A DNA stretch of 64,000 nucleotides from an uncultured Alphaproteobacteria bacterium (GTDB lineage Bacteria > Pseudomonadota > Alphaproteobacteria > Rhizobiales > Xanthobacteraceae). Under the pieces are notes generated by a model that was given only the letters and a program-made list of their open reading frames with translations, was not told the origin of the DNA and ran no database searches. Positions 1 to 10,013 of this stretch are shown one piece after another. The translations under genes and the position numbers were made by a program. Location: NCBI GenBank assembly GCA_963816815.1, contig CAWFMW010000013.1, forward strand, positions 85,502-149,501. Direction: 5' to 3'. The first letter of the stretch is position 1, and each line of letters starts with the position of its first letter.

Positions 1-115
1 CTCGCGATGGCGGCGGAAAGTCGGTCAAATCGACCGGAGAGCCGGGCATCAGGAGCATGCCGGCGATCCCGCCGACCAGCAGGCCACCAATCAGGAACGC
101 GAGATTGCGTCGCAA
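1..115 (-). CDS. N-terminal part of a membrane-anchored/exported protein (runs off the window edge)
   Basis: Manual translation from TTG at 115, with GGAGA upstream: MRRNLAFLIGGLLVGGIAGMLLMPGSPVDLTDFPPPSR...; basic then hydrophobic N-terminus; same strand as and just downstream of the acyltransferase. Confidence 0.55.
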   Translation of the reverse strand, partial: MRRNLAFLIGGLLVGGIAGMLLMPGSPVDLTDFPPPSR

Positions 116-159
116 TCGAGTGTTCTCCCCGCCGGCGCGGAAGCATGCGGTTTGCTCGA

Positions 160-1221
160 TCACCGCGAGATGGCGGGCATCAGGCCGCCTCCTTCGATTG
201 AGCGTGGCGCATTTCCAAATCGGCTCTGTCGCCACCTGTCGACCGGGCGTTCGACCCACCGATAAAGCTGCGTGGAAAGGGCCAGCGACAGAAGCACCGA
301 GATGTATGCGCCGGAGGTGGTCTCGGGCAGCACCATCCATCCAATCAGGAAATGACAAATATAGAGCGGATAGGACAACTCACCGAGATATCGGTCCCAC
401 GCCAGGCTTCGGGTCAGCTTGAAAAGGTAGGGAACGATCATGATTACGGTGCTGAGAAGCGCCAGCGATGCCAGCCGTGAAACGCCATCCCAACTGCTGA
501 TGGCCAGGCAGACCGGCAACAGGACGGCCGTGGTCGAAAGCATGACATGGGCTTGTCTGCGTTGCGTATCGCTGCGCGGCGCATAGGCGTAGTAGCACAG
601 CGAACCAGTCAGGAACAACGCGAGCTCGGACGGAAAGAAGCGAGAACTCCATGGGTCTCCGCCAAGACCGAGCGTGGAGAGCAACGTCATCCTCAAGAGA
701 ACGCTAGCTGCGATGATCCCGCCGATGAAGACAGGGCCGCGTCGCACGATAAACGGCGCGAGCAGGTAGAAATAGAATTCCAGCGCGAGCGTCCAAGCTT
801 GGGGAACGGGTGCGAGCTTATAAAGTAGATTCGGCATAGTGCCTGGATGCAGCGTCAGGCCGAGCGTGCCGTGATTGGTGAACAGGTAGAAATAGGTTTC
901 CTGACCGACAACGAATATCTGCGATACGAAATAGTAGGTGATGCTCGCCAGATCGAGCGACAGCACCGGCGACCAATTGCTGGCGACCACGAAGGATGGA
1001 ATCAGGACCACGAGGTAGGTCGGCCAAAGCCTGAGCAGCCGGTTCGAAATGAACAGCCAATAGAAGCCGGGTCCGTATTTTTCATTTAGGACCAGCGCCA
1101 TATAGAATCCCGAAATAACGAAAAAGCTTTGCACAGCGATATCGCTAGTCGGGAAGCCGAGTGGCATCCCGAAATGGCCGAACGCGACGCAGAGCGCGAG
1201 GAATAATCTGAGGCTGCCCAT
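160..1221 (-). CDS. Acyltransferase family 3 (OafA/YrhL-like membrane O-acyltransferase)
   Basis: Motifs LRLFLALCV..H, FFVISGF, RLLRLWP, WTLALEFYFYL and LGELSYPLYICH; multiple TM segments. Confidence 0.9.
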   Translation of the reverse strand: MGSLRLFLALCVAFGHFGMPLGFPTSDIAVQSFFVISGFYMALVLNEKYGPGFYWLFISNRLLRLWPTYLVVLIPSFVVASNWSPVLSLDLASITYYFVSQIFVVGQETYFYLFTNHGTLGLTLHPGTMPNLLYKLAPVPQAWTLALEFYFYLLAPFIVRRGPVFIGGIIAASVLLRMTLLSTLGLGGDPWSSRFFPSELALFLTGSLCYYAYAPRSDTQRRQAHVMLSTTAVLLPVCLAISSWDGVSRLASLALLSTVIMIVPYLFKLTRSLAWDRYLGELSYPLYICHFLIGWMVLPETTSGAYISVLLSLALSTQLYRWVERPVDRWRQSRFGNAPRSIEGGGLMPAISR

Positions 1222-1326
1222 TCAGCCCACCCTAGCTGGGCAGCGTTGAGAGCTTGTTAACGGTTAGGAAAACCCTGCCGGAAGGATTCTCTCACTGGCA
1301 TCGCTAATCCGCCTTGTCATCGGGCC

Positions 1327-1340
1327 TGAATAGTTGTTCA
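1327..1340. promoter_or_regulatory. Palindromic operator candidate (TGAA-N6-TTCA) upstream of the TetR gene
   Basis: tgaatagttgttca, ~105 bp upstream of the TetR start; TetR genes are commonly autoregulated (inference). Confidence 0.4.
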
Positions 1341-1445
1341 CTTCTTCATAGCGATGGGTGCGCTTGTCGCTCAAGACATTGAAGGTGCGCGCGTTCTGGC
1401 AGGCTCCACGGGGCTCGAGGGGCGCGCCGGGGACGGAATCGCGCC

Positions 1446-2120
1446 ATGGTTTATCGGCGAACCCATCAGGTCGTAAAGCGGCTGGCGGCGCGGCGTAGCG
1501 CCATCCTGGCGGCGGCGCGGGACGCTGCGGCCGAGGGCGGCATGGCGGCGGTGCAGATCGCCCCGGTTGCGGTCCGCGCCAATGTCGCGGCCGGCACGGT
1601 CTACCGCTACTTCCCCTCCAAGGCCGAGCTGATTTCCGAACTGATCGCCGAAGTGTCGCGCGACGAACTGGCGGCGATCCGCCGCGCGGCGGATGCCGCG
1701 CCAGGCCCGTCCTCGGCGCTCGCCGCCGCCGTCACCACCGTTGCGGTGCATGTTCTGTCGCAGCGCAAGCTTGCCTGGGGCATTCTGGCTGAGCCTGTCG
1801 ATGTCGACGTCTCGGTGTCGCGGCTTGCGAGCCGCCGCGAGATTTCCGGCGAGATTGCCGCCAGGATCGACGCCGCGGTGCGCGCCGGCCATCTGCCGGC
1901 GCAGGATACGGCGCTTGCCGCCACCGCGCTGCTCGGCGCGCTGCATGAGTCGCTGGTCGGCCCGCTGGCGCCCGAGAACCTGGATGATTCCGCGAAGCTG
2001 CGCGACGCCGTGCAGACGGTCACATTGTTGGCGCTGCGCGCGGTCGGCGTGATGGATGCCCGCGCCCGCGGCCTCGTGGTGCAGGCGGTGCTGCCGGCCA
2101 AGGCGCTGGTCGGGGCCTGA
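1446..2120 (+). CDS. TetR/AcrR family transcriptional regulator
   Basis: N-terminal HTH: VAVRANVAAGTVYRYFPSKAEL. Confidence 0.9.
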   Translation: MVYRRTHQVVKRLAARRSAILAAARDAAAEGGMAAVQIAPVAVRANVAAGTVYRYFPSKAELISELIAEVSRDELAAIRRAADAAPGPSSALAAAVTTVAVHVLSQRKLAWGILAEPVDVDVSVSRLASRREISGEIAARIDAAVRAGHLPAQDTALAATALLGALHESLVGPLAPENLDDSAKLRDAVQTVTLLALRAVGVMDARARGLVVQAVLPAKALVGA

Positions 2121-2205
2121 ACTCAGCGCTAGCCGACACGACTTTGTCGCAACCATTTGCCACGCTGCGGCTTATCGACGGTCCAACCGCGATCAGGAGC
2201 ATGCG

Positions 2206-2631
2206 ATGACAACGACATCAGGGTCCGCCAAATGGCAGGGCGGCATCAAGGACGGCAAGGGTGCGATCTCGACCAAGAGCGGCGCGCTCAACGATTACCC
2301 CTACGGCTTCGCCAGCCGCTTCGAGGGCAAGCCCGGCTCCAATCCGGAAGAATTGATCGGCGCCGCGCACGCCGCCTGCTTCACCATGGCGCTGTCGCTG
2401 ATCTTGGGGGAGGCCAAGCTGACCGCCGAGCACATGGAAACCAAGGCCGACGTCACGCTGGAAAAACAGGGTGATGGTTTTGCGATCACGTCCGTTCACC
2501 TGACGCTGAACGCGAAGATCCCGGGCGCCGACAAGGCGACGTTCGAGGAGTTGGCAGGCAAGGCCAAGGCCGGTTGCCCGGTGTCGAAGCTTCTGAACAC
2601 GAAGATCACGCTGGACGTGATGTTGCAGTAA
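2206..2631 (+). CDS. osmC: OsmC family peroxiredoxin
   Basis: NPEELIGAAHAACF and AKAGCPVSK (two conserved Cys); start placed at ATG 2206 after AGGAG. Confidence 0.92.
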   Translation: MTTTSGSAKWQGGIKDGKGAISTKSGALNDYPYGFASRFEGKPGSNPEELIGAAHAACFTMALSLILGEAKLTAEHMETKADVTLEKQGDGFAITSVHLTLNAKIPGADKATFEELAGKAKAGCPVSKLLNTKITLDVMLQ

Positions 2632-2636
2632 TTTCC

Positions 2637-2718
2637 CGTCATTCCGGGGCGATGCGTTAGCATCGAACCCGGAATCTTGAGATTCCGGGTTCGTCGCTTC
2701 GCGCCGCCCCGGAATGAC
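2637..2718. repeat. CGTC-type REP-like palindromic repeat between convergent genes
   Basis: gtcattccggggcg...cgccccggaatgac outer inverted repeat with inner aacccggaatc/gattccgggtt hairpin. Confidence 0.85.
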
Positions 2719-2726
2719 CTATGCCG

Positions 2727-4163
2727 TCACTTCTCCGCCTCGCCCTCCGGCGCGACATTGGCGATGCGCACCATGTTGGTGGTGCCGGCGATACCGAGCG
2801 GCACGCCGGCAACGATGATCACGCGCTGGCCGGCCTTGGCAAAACCGTCGCGGAACGCGATCGAGCCGGCGCGATCGACCATGTCGTCCTGGTCGTGGGC
2901 GTCTTCGGCCACCACGCAATGCACGCCCCAGACCACCGACAATTTGCGGCCCGTCGCGAGGTTAGGCGTGATCGCCACTACCGGCGGTTTTGGCCGTTCG
3001 CGCGCGACGCGGATCGCCGTCGAGCCCGACGAGGTCCAGCAGATGATCGCCGACAATTCCAGTGTCTCGGCGATCTGCCGCGCGGCGGCGGCAATCGCGT
3101 CGCCGACTGTGTTCTCCGGCTCGGGCCGCTGGGCCGTCAGCACCGAGCGATAGATCGGGTCGCGCTCCACTTCCTCGCCGATGCGGTTCATGGTCGAGAC
3201 CGCCTCGACCGGGAATTTGCCGGCGGCGGACTCCGCCGACAGCATGATGGCGTCGGCGCCCTCATAGACGGCGGTCGCGACGTCGGAGACTTCCGCGCGC
3301 GTCGGAACCGGCGCCTGGATCATCGATTCCAGCATCTGGGTGGCCACCACCACCGGCTTGCCGGCGCGGCGCGCCATCCGCGTCATTTGTTTTTGCAGGC
3401 TAGGCACCCGCTCCAGCGGCAGTTCGACGCCGAGATCGCCGCGCGCCACCATCAAGGCGTCGGACGCCTCGATGATCTCACCGAGCCGGTCGATCGCCTG
3501 CGGCTTCTCGATCTTGGCCATCACGGCGGCGCGGCCGCGGATCATCCGCTTGGCCTCGTGGACGTCTTCGGCGCGCTGCACGAAGGAGAGCGCGATCCAG
3601 TCGACCCCGGTCACCAGGGCGGCTTCGAGATCGGCGCGGTCCTTTGGCGTCATCGCCGACACCGGCAGATCGGTATCGGGCAGGCTCACACCTTTGCGAT
3701 CCGACATCTTGCCGCCGATCACCACCCTGGTCACCGCGCGTTCCGGCGAGGTCTCTTCCGCAATCAGGCGCACCTTGCCATCGTCGAGCAGCAGCGCATG
3801 GCCCGGCCGCAGGGCTGCGAGAATTTCCGGATGCGGCAGCTGCACGCGTTTGTTGTCGCCGGGCGTCTTGTCGGAATCGAGCACAAAACTCTGGCCGTTC
3901 TTGAGCTGGGTCGAACCTTCGGCGAACGCGCCGAGGCGCAGCTTTGGTCCCTGCAGGTCGACGAGAATGCCGATCGGGCGGCCATAGCTCGACTCGACAT
4001 TGCGAATGGTCGCAACCAGCTCGCGCATCTTGTCGTGCGAGGTGTGGCTCATGTTGATGCGGAATACGTCCGCGCCGGCCTCGAACAGCTTGCGGATCAT
4101 CGCGCTGTCCGACGATGCCGGGCCGAGGGTTGCGAGAATCTTGATGCGACGGAGCCGTCTCAT
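2727..4163 (-). CDS. pyk: Pyruvate kinase
   Basis: KILATLGPAS, DLQGPKLR, MVARGDLGVE, ATQMLESM and MLSAESAAG motifs; true start MRRLRR at 4163. Confidence 0.97.
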   Translation of the reverse strand: MRRLRRIKILATLGPASSDSAMIRKLFEAGADVFRINMSHTSHDKMRELVATIRNVESSYGRPIGILVDLQGPKLRLGAFAEGSTQLKNGQSFVLDSDKTPGDNKRVQLPHPEILAALRPGHALLLDDGKVRLIAEETSPERAVTRVVIGGKMSDRKGVSLPDTDLPVSAMTPKDRADLEAALVTGVDWIALSFVQRAEDVHEAKRMIRGRAAVMAKIEKPQAIDRLGEIIEASDALMVARGDLGVELPLERVPSLQKQMTRMARRAGKPVVVATQMLESMIQAPVPTRAEVSDVATAVYEGADAIMLSAESAAGKFPVEAVSTMNRIGEEVERDPIYRSVLTAQRPEPENTVGDAIAAAARQIAETLELSAIICWTSSGSTAIRVARERPKPPVVAITPNLATGRKLSVVWGVHCVVAEDAHDQDDMVDRAGSIAFRDGFAKAGQRVIIVAGVPLGIAGTTNMVRIANVAPEGEAEK

Positions 4164-4741
4164 TGCTTTGGCGCCACGGCTGGCGGCGGCAGACCCGGTC
4201 CGCTTGGCGGAGACAGGCCCGGAACCCCGCCGGGGCCGCCCGGTCCCACTGTTCCCGGAATTCCCGGCACGCGCTGCGCGGGTTGCTCGTTGGCTTCGGT
4301 CAGTTGCACGGTCCACGCTCGCTGTTCGCCTGTATCGACCTCGAAGAACCCGGTGCGGTCGTAGCCGCGCGTCAGGCAATTCTCGGTGCCCTTGATGGTG
4401 AATTCCTTGTCACGAGAACACATGAAGGCCTGTCCCGACCATTCGCCGCCGCGGTCATAGTCGAGCGCGTAGATGTAATAGTACCGCGCGACCAGGGTTC
4501 CGCGCAGCAAAGTTTCGCAACTGCGTGATGACACGTTCCACCAGCCTTCGGTGGTCCAGCCTTCGGCGTCCTTGTAGCCGAGTGCGATGCCGACCCGGCT
4601 GGAAGTGTTGTTGCAGAGCCGGAAATCGGCCGCCGCCGGACTGCTCCACAGGCACATCACCGCCAGCGCGAGCATCGGCATCAGGCCGGCGGTCATGCGT
4701 GAGAAGAGGGGGGACAAACGGCGAGAATCTTTTCCGGTCAT
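4160..4741 (-). CDS. DUF1036 family exported protein
   Basis: Signal peptide, then ADFRLCNNTSSRVGIALGY..GWTTEGWWN; overlaps the pyk start by 4 nt. Confidence 0.85.
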   Translation of the reverse strand: MTGKDSRRLSPLFSRMTAGLMPMLALAVMCLWSSPAAADFRLCNNTSSRVGIALGYKDAEGWTTEGWWNVSSRSCETLLRGTLVARYYYIYALDYDRGGEWSGQAFMCSRDKEFTIKGTENCLTRGYDRTGFFEVDTGEQRAWTVQLTEANEQPAQRVPGIPGTVGPGGPGGVPGLSPPSGPGLPPPAVAPKQ

Positions 4742-4953
4742 GCAGTGAAGCTATATCAAATCATTGACGATTTCGCGTGACCCGGCGTGACCTGTCAACG
4801 GCCGGGCACGCCTTTCCCGCGCTATGGGAAACCGGGACTCCACGTGCGATAGCCCCTTTTGCGCGCAGATATGGCAAAATCTGTGACAATTCCCACCTGA
4901 TATCAATATGCTCGGCCCCATCTGACGCAGGACCCAAGATCAGGACCAAGACC

Positions 4954-5256
4954 ATGACGATCGACGACAAAACCAGAACGGAACTGGAAGCGGCTGTTTT
5001 CCGGCGCCTGGTCGACCACCTGCGCGCCCGTACCGACGTCCAGAACATCGATTTGATGAATCTGGCCGGTTTTTGCCGCAACTGCCTGTCCAACTGGATG
5101 AAGGAAGCGGCCGACGCCAACGGCGTCGCCGTCAGCAAGGACGAGAGCCGCGAGGCGGTTTACGGCATGCCTTACGAGGAATGGAAGGCGAAACATCAGG
5201 GCACGGCCACGCCGGAGCAACTGGCCGCGATGAAGAAGGTTCATCCCGGACATTGA
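4954..5256 (+). CDS. DUF1244 family protein
   Basis: DVQNIDLMNLAGFCRNCLSNW...VYGMPYEEWK signature; start MTIDDK. Confidence 0.88.
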   Translation: MTIDDKTRTELEAAVFRRLVDHLRARTDVQNIDLMNLAGFCRNCLSNWMKEAADANGVAVSKDESREAVYGMPYEEWKAKHQGTATPEQLAAMKKVHPGH

Positions 5257-5266
5257 GGCTTCCTTC

Positions 5267-5344
5267 GTAGCCCGGATGAGCGAAGCGACATCCGGGAAAA
5301 CCGCCGGCACCGTCCCGGATGTCGCTTTCGCTCATCCGGGCTAC
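5267..5344. repeat. GTAG-type REP doublet (inverted pair)
   Basis: gtagcccggatgagcgaagcgacatccggg ... cccggatgtcgctttcgctcatccgggctac. Confidence 0.88.
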
Positions 5345-5387
5345 AGTTCTCTACCCCGGGCTACATTTTAGCTTCCTGTGGGCGCGC

Positions 5388-5396
5388 TGTGGATGA
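5388..5396. promoter_or_regulatory. DnaA-box-like 9-mer upstream of gapR
   Basis: TGTGGATGA (reverse complement TCATCCACA), 13 bp upstream of a TTGACG -35 candidate at 5410-5415. Confidence 0.4.
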
Positions 5397-5521
5397 GCGC
5401 GATGTTGCCTTGACGCAAGGCCCCTCGATCCTGAGGGTCAATCCTGAAAAAAGCGCCGTGCGGTAACGCGTGCGGCGCTTGATCTTTCAGCATCACCGTC
5501 AGTTCCATTCAGGAGTATCCG

Positions 5522-5797
5522 ATGGCCACCTCCGCCGCCGCCGCCGTCCAGGACGAGCCCGCGACAAAATTCGCCAAAGACCAGCTCAAGGCCATCATCG
5601 AGCGCATCGAGCGTCTGGAAGAAGAGAAGAAGACGATCTCCGACGACATCCGTGACGTCTATGGGGAAGCCAAGGGCAACGGCTTCGACGTCAAGGTGCT
5701 GCGCACCATCGTGCGCATGCGCAAGCAGGACGCCAACGAGCGCGCCGAGCAGGAAACCATTTTGGAGACCTACATGCAGGCGCTGGGGATGCTGTGA
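5522..5797 (+). CDS. gapR: GapR nucleoid-associated protein (DUF2312/UPF0335)
   Basis: [48 protein letters not shown] matches the GapR family. Confidence 0.9.
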   Translation: MATSAAAAVQDEPATKFAKDQLKAIIERIERLEEEKKTISDDIRDVYGEAKGNGFDVKVLRTIVRMRKQDANERAEQETILETYMQALGML

Positions 5798-5824
5798 GGC
5801 GTTAGATCGCTACAGAACTCTCTA

Positions 5825-5978
5825 CGTCGTCCCGGACAAGCGAAGCGCGATCTCAGATGTGCAATTGCACATCGGGGGACCCATAACCACAAATGCCCAA
5901 GTTGAAGAATGCTGGCGCAGCAGCGAGCTCCAACAGGTCGCATTTGTGGTTATGGGTCCCCGCGTTCGCGGGGACGAC
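5825..5978. repeat. CGTC-type composite palindromic repeat
   Basis: gtcgtccc...gggacgac ends; 22-bp inverted repeat ggggacccataaccacaaatgc/gcatttgtggttatgggtcccc; perfect 18-bp palindrome gatgtgcaattgcacatc at 5856-5873. Confidence 0.85.
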
Positions 5979-6005
5979 ATCGAGATTGCAATGATGAGGA
6001 GCGCC

Positions 6006-7628
6006 TTAACGCAGCGCGGCGGTGCGCACCACGAACGACTGCGTCGGCAGTTGTGCGGTCGCCGATCCGGTGAAGCGGTCGCAGCTCATGCCCATCATCG
6101 GATCTTCCGAGAAGGTCATGGGGATCGCGGCCTGCGGTTTGACGAAGTGGCTGCGCATCTGGGTCATCTCGGTGTCACCGAGCACGGTCGTCGACATCGC
6201 GTTGCTCGCGCTCGGCGCCAGCATCACGACGCGCATCCAGATGCTGTTACCCTGGGCGGCGGCAAGACGGGTCGAGGTTGCGACTACGCTGTCCTGACCC
6301 TGCGCGCCTTTGGCGACCACGGTATTGATTTCGGTCGCCGCGGCGCCGGCATTGCGCGCCGGACGGGCGGGACGCGGCGGGAGCGGCGCGGTGGCGGCGA
6401 CGACGTTGCCGCGATCGACCGGCGAAGCCGAGGCCGGCGCATAGGCCATCGCCTTGTTGAACGATTCGGCGACGCTGGCGGTCGACTGCGGATCGGTGGT
6501 GGCGGCGAGCACCTGGCGTGCGCGCAGGGATGCGACCTGGGCCGGGGTAGCCTCGTTCGCTGCCTTCGGCACGTCGTCCCAGAAGCCGCGGGAATTGATG
6601 ATATCGGCCGGCGTTTGCGGTTTCGGCTCGGCGGAGGCTTGCGCAACCTGCTTCTGTTCCGGCCTGGAGTCAGACTTGCCTTTGGGCGCCGGAACGATCT
6701 GCGCGTCGGCCGAAGCCAGCTGCAGGGTCGCTGCGACCTGCGGCTTCGAACGCGGTGTCGGAACCGGGTCGGCTGACTTCGCGGCTGCGGCCACTACAGA
6801 AGCCGGAGCGGACTTCTCGTTGCGGGCCGGAGCACTTGCGCCTTCGTCATCCTCTTCGGTCGACTTGCCGCCCCTGAACAGCGCCGCGAACAGGCTCGGC
6901 TTGTTGCCGACGGATGCGGCGTCGTCGCCATTGCCACGGCGCTCGATCTCGGCGCGGGCCAACTCGTAGCCCTTCATCGGTCCGCCATTGGATGGCAGGT
7001 GGACGGTGCGCCCATCCGGGAACACCCTGGCCAGCTGATCGTGGGTCATGCGCGGCCAGTGACGGATGCTGCCGGTGTCGAGATGGACGAAGGGCGAGCC
7101 CGACGTCGGATAGAAGCCGACGCCGCCGCGCTGCAGGCGGAGCCCGGCGGCGCGGATCTGCTCCAGCGCCACGTCCGGAATGTAGAAGTCCATCGCGTGG
7201 CCGAGCATGTGCTGGCTGAAGCGCGCCACCCCGGAAGAGCGGCGGCGGAGCATCGCGTTGGTAGCGGGGGAGCGGTAGGCGGAGACGATCTGGATCGGCT
7301 TCTTGCCGTCGACGTCGCGGTAGACTTCCCAGAGGATGTCGAACAGATGCCGATCCATCGTGGTCGAGTCCTGGCTTCGCCAGTCGCGGAGGAAGTGATT
7401 GATCTTTTTCAGCGCTTCTTCGTCGTAACGCCCGTCGCGCTTGAAGGTGACGGTGAGGTCTTCGTCGGAATGGGTGTGGTGGAAGGAGAGGGTGCGGGTT
7501 TCGTTCAGCGCAGTCGCGTCATGCACTGACCCCGCTCCTGCCAGCAGCAACAGCGAAGTTAGCCCGATCCGATATCCGGCTTTTGGCAAAGCAAGCGGAT
7601 TGAATTGGCGCGCGAAACCAACCAGCAC
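6006..7628 (-). CDS. DUF882/YcbK (MepK-like, peptidase M15) protein with a long low-complexity C-terminal extension
   Basis: SAYRSPATNAMLR, SQHMLGHAMDF and GGVGFYP..FVHLDTG zinc-peptidase motifs. Confidence 0.88.
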   Translation of the reverse strand: MLVGFARQFNPLALPKAGYRIGLTSLLLLAGAGSVHDATALNETRTLSFHHTHSDEDLTVTFKRDGRYDEEALKKINHFLRDWRSQDSTTMDRHLFDILWEVYRDVDGKKPIQIVSAYRSPATNAMLRRRSSGVARFSQHMLGHAMDFYIPDVALEQIRAAGLRLQRGGVGFYPTSGSPFVHLDTGSIRHWPRMTHDQLARVFPDGRTVHLPSNGGPMKGYELARAEIERRGNGDDAASVGNKPSLFAALFRGGKSTEEDDEGASAPARNEKSAPASVVAAAAKSADPVPTPRSKPQVAATLQLASADAQIVPAPKGKSDSRPEQKQVAQASAEPKPQTPADIINSRGFWDDVPKAANEATPAQVASLRARQVLAATTDPQSTASVAESFNKAMAYAPASASPVDRGNVVAATAPLPPRPARPARNAGAAATEINTVVAKGAQGQDSVVATSTRLAAAQGNSIWMRVVMLAPSASNAMSTTVLGDTEMTQMRSHFVKPQAAIPMTFSEDPMMGMSCDRFTGSATAQLPTQSFVVRTAALR

Positions 7629-7895
7629 GTATAAAGCCCACCCAGTCGACGAGCGTTCACGGTTTACTTTTGCAAAACCCCGGCAAAAGAGGGTGAACGC
7701 TTTCTTAAAGCGGGATGGTTAACCGAGGTTTACCGTCCCGCCCCCAAGCCAGAGTTAACCTAACCCGTGGACTGTGGCGAAAAAGTGCCCGGAGCCGATC
7801 CTGGATGGATAATGGTTAACGTAAACAATCTCTCCGGGGAGGAGAGATTGCTGATTTAATTGGGAGATTTGGCTCTGGGACGGTAGTGCCCCGGA

Positions 7896-10013
7896 TTACC
7901 TGGTAAACCGCTGCTGTGGGCGGCGGCCGACCGGGGTCGGCGGCGTTGCGGTCGACGGGCCGCCGAACAGGCGCTCAAAGAACGAGGGTCCGGAGGTGTT
8001 GTCGCTGGCGAAGTTGACGCCGGTCGGCAAAGTGTCCCTTGGCCGCGCATAGCTCGGCTGTGCATGGGAGACCAGGGTCTCCAGATCCTTGTTGCGGCTG
8101 TTCTTGAGCAAAGTGATCATCGTGGCGTCGCGGCCATAGACGTCCCTGCGGATTTGCAGCTTGCCGGCGTCATCCACGAAGGCGGTCTGGTAGGTGATGT
8201 TGACCGGCAGCGGCGTCGGGAATTTCAGGTCGATCTCGCTGCGGCCGTACATGCTGCGGATTCGTTCCGGCGTGTAGCGCTCGTTCGGCATCACGATGTT
8301 GAGCAGCGTCGAGGCGTATTGATCAGGGTTCTGCACCCGCATGCAGCCATGGCTGAACGCGCGCTCGTCCTTGGCGAACAGATGCTTGTCCGGTGTGTCG
8401 TGCTGATAGACCAGGAACTTGTTCGGGAAGTTGAAGCGAACACGGCCGAGCGCATTGGCTTCGCCCGGCGGCTGCGAAATGTGGATGGTGCCGTCGCGGT
8501 TACGCTCGAGCTTCAACCCCATGCGTTGCAGCACGGTCGGGTCCTGCTGCAGGGCAGGCAGATATTCGTTGTAGATGATCGAGGGCGGCACGTTCCAGGT
8601 CGGGTTGACGGTGATGAACTTCATCGTTTCCGTCAAAAGCGGCGTGGCGTGGTTGCCAGGCTTTCCGGTCACCACGCGGGTGGTCCAGACTTGGCCGCCG
8701 TTCTGCATCACCTTGAGCGTGAAATCAGGGATGTTGAGAATGACGTAGGCGTTGCCGAGCGAGGCGGCGCCGAGCTGGCGCGGCAGCCAGCGCCAGCGCT
8801 CCATGTTGACGAGGACGGTGTCGATCTGGCGGTCGCGCTTCGGGCTGTTGATCGCCTTCACCGTGCGGTCGTCGAGCACGCCGGTCGGCTTGAGATCGAC
8901 GCTCTCCTGGAATTTGCGCACGGCGGCAGCGACCTTGGCGTCGTAATGCGTGCTGTCGGGATGGTCTGATATGCCGAGCTTGGCGCGCAGTTGCGGCACG
9001 CGGGGATCTTCCGGCGTCTCCTCACCCAGCTTCTTGGTCGCAGCCTTGTAGGCCAGCGCCGGGCCTTCGGCGATCTGGATCACCGGTCCGTCGCCCTGGC
9101 CGCGCAGCTCGGCAAGCTTCGCCCTCAGCTCCTTGTAGAGCTTGTGCGGCGGGTTGTAGCCGTCGAGCGCCGCGGAAGCGTCCTTGGCGGTCGAGATGTT
9201 GGCGAGCACTTCGGCTGGATCGGTCGGATGCTCGGGATAGAGGATGTCGGCGGAGACCTGCGACCAATGCATCCGGCCGCTCTGGGCCTGTCGCGCATAG
9301 TCGAGCATGCTCGCGGTCAGTTTCAGTTCGGCCTCGGCGAGCTGGTCCGGGGAAGCTGCGGCGGCAAAATCCGGCACCGGATAGTCGACCGGATTGAGGC
9401 CCTCGGAGGCCGCATCCTTCAAACGGGCGATCACGCCCTTGCCGCTGTCGGTCAATTTGCCGGCCTGCGTCCATTGCGGCGCGTAGTCGCGCGCCGTGTA
9501 GAACTTCTCGACGGCCGCGCGCTCGCTTTTGCGATCGAAGTAGCGCAGCGATTTGGAGCCGAGCATGTCGCGCAGACGGTCAGCGACCGGCTGGTCAGCC
9601 GGAGCCACGGTGCTGACTTTCACGGGTTCCTTGGCCGGTTCGGCGGCCGGCGCGGTGGCTGTCGACGCCGGCGGCGCGGCGGTTGCGGCGTCGTTGGCTG
9701 CAGGTGCGGTGACGGTCTCGGCGGGCTTGGGCTCGGCTGCCTTTGCGGCAGGGCTAGGGTCGGCCGGCTTTGTGGCGTCAGGTACCGTGGCGGTGGTGTC
9801 CATCTTGAAGTCGCCAATGGTCGGCGGGGGGACGTTGGCCGGCTCGGGGCGGGGGACTGCTGCGTCGATCGCGAGCTCGGCGGCATTGGCGCGCGGCGTA
9901 GTCGACTGGGCCGCCAGTGCCGAGGTCGCGGACACCGTGAGGAACGTTGCCGCGACGGCCATCAGCACGCGGTCAAATCCTGCACGATTCGTCGAACAGT
10001 CACGCATCATCAC
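7896..10013 (-). CDS. L,D-transpeptidase, YcbB/LdtD type, with peptidoglycan-binding domain
   Basis: NMERWRWLP, NPTWNVP, NALGRVRFNFPN and HDTP...AFSHGCMRV (catalytic HxxxxSHGC). Confidence 0.93.
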   Translation of the reverse strand: MMMRDCSTNRAGFDRVLMAVAATFLTVSATSALAAQSTTPRANAAELAIDAAVPRPEPANVPPPTIGDFKMDTTATVPDATKPADPSPAAKAAEPKPAETVTAPAANDAATAAPPASTATAPAAEPAKEPVKVSTVAPADQPVADRLRDMLGSKSLRYFDRKSERAAVEKFYTARDYAPQWTQAGKLTDSGKGVIARLKDAASEGLNPVDYPVPDFAAAASPDQLAEAELKLTASMLDYARQAQSGRMHWSQVSADILYPEHPTDPAEVLANISTAKDASAALDGYNPPHKLYKELRAKLAELRGQGDGPVIQIAEGPALAYKAATKKLGEETPEDPRVPQLRAKLGISDHPDSTHYDAKVAAAVRKFQESVDLKPTGVLDDRTVKAINSPKRDRQIDTVLVNMERWRWLPRQLGAASLGNAYVILNIPDFTLKVMQNGGQVWTTRVVTGKPGNHATPLLTETMKFITVNPTWNVPPSIIYNEYLPALQQDPTVLQRMGLKLERNRDGTIHISQPPGEANALGRVRFNFPNKFLVYQHDTPDKHLFAKDERAFSHGCMRVQNPDQYASTLLNIVMPNERYTPERIRSMYGRSEIDLKFPTPLPVNITYQTAFVDDAGKLQIRRDVYGRDATMITLLKNSRNKDLETLVSHAQPSYARPRDTLPTGVNFASDNTSGPSFFERLFGGPSTATPPTPVGRRPQQRFTR

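Noticed and set aside
2721-4364. Long antisense/overlapping ORFs in the track (e.g. 2721-4364 +, 13798-15192 -, 17606-18751 -, 19061-20218 -, 51271-52440 +)
   Set aside because: Shadow frames of well-supported genes in high-GC DNA; Arg/Gly/His-rich with no recognisable motifs.
5267-5978. Clustered palindromic repeats as a possible CRISPR array
   Set aside because: No regularly spaced identical repeats with unique spacers and no cas genes; these are REP-type elements.
5652-6776. 374-aa + strand ORF spanning the gapR end, a repeat and the DUF882 gene
   Set aside because: Crosses a palindromic repeat and lies antisense to a real gene; no motifs.
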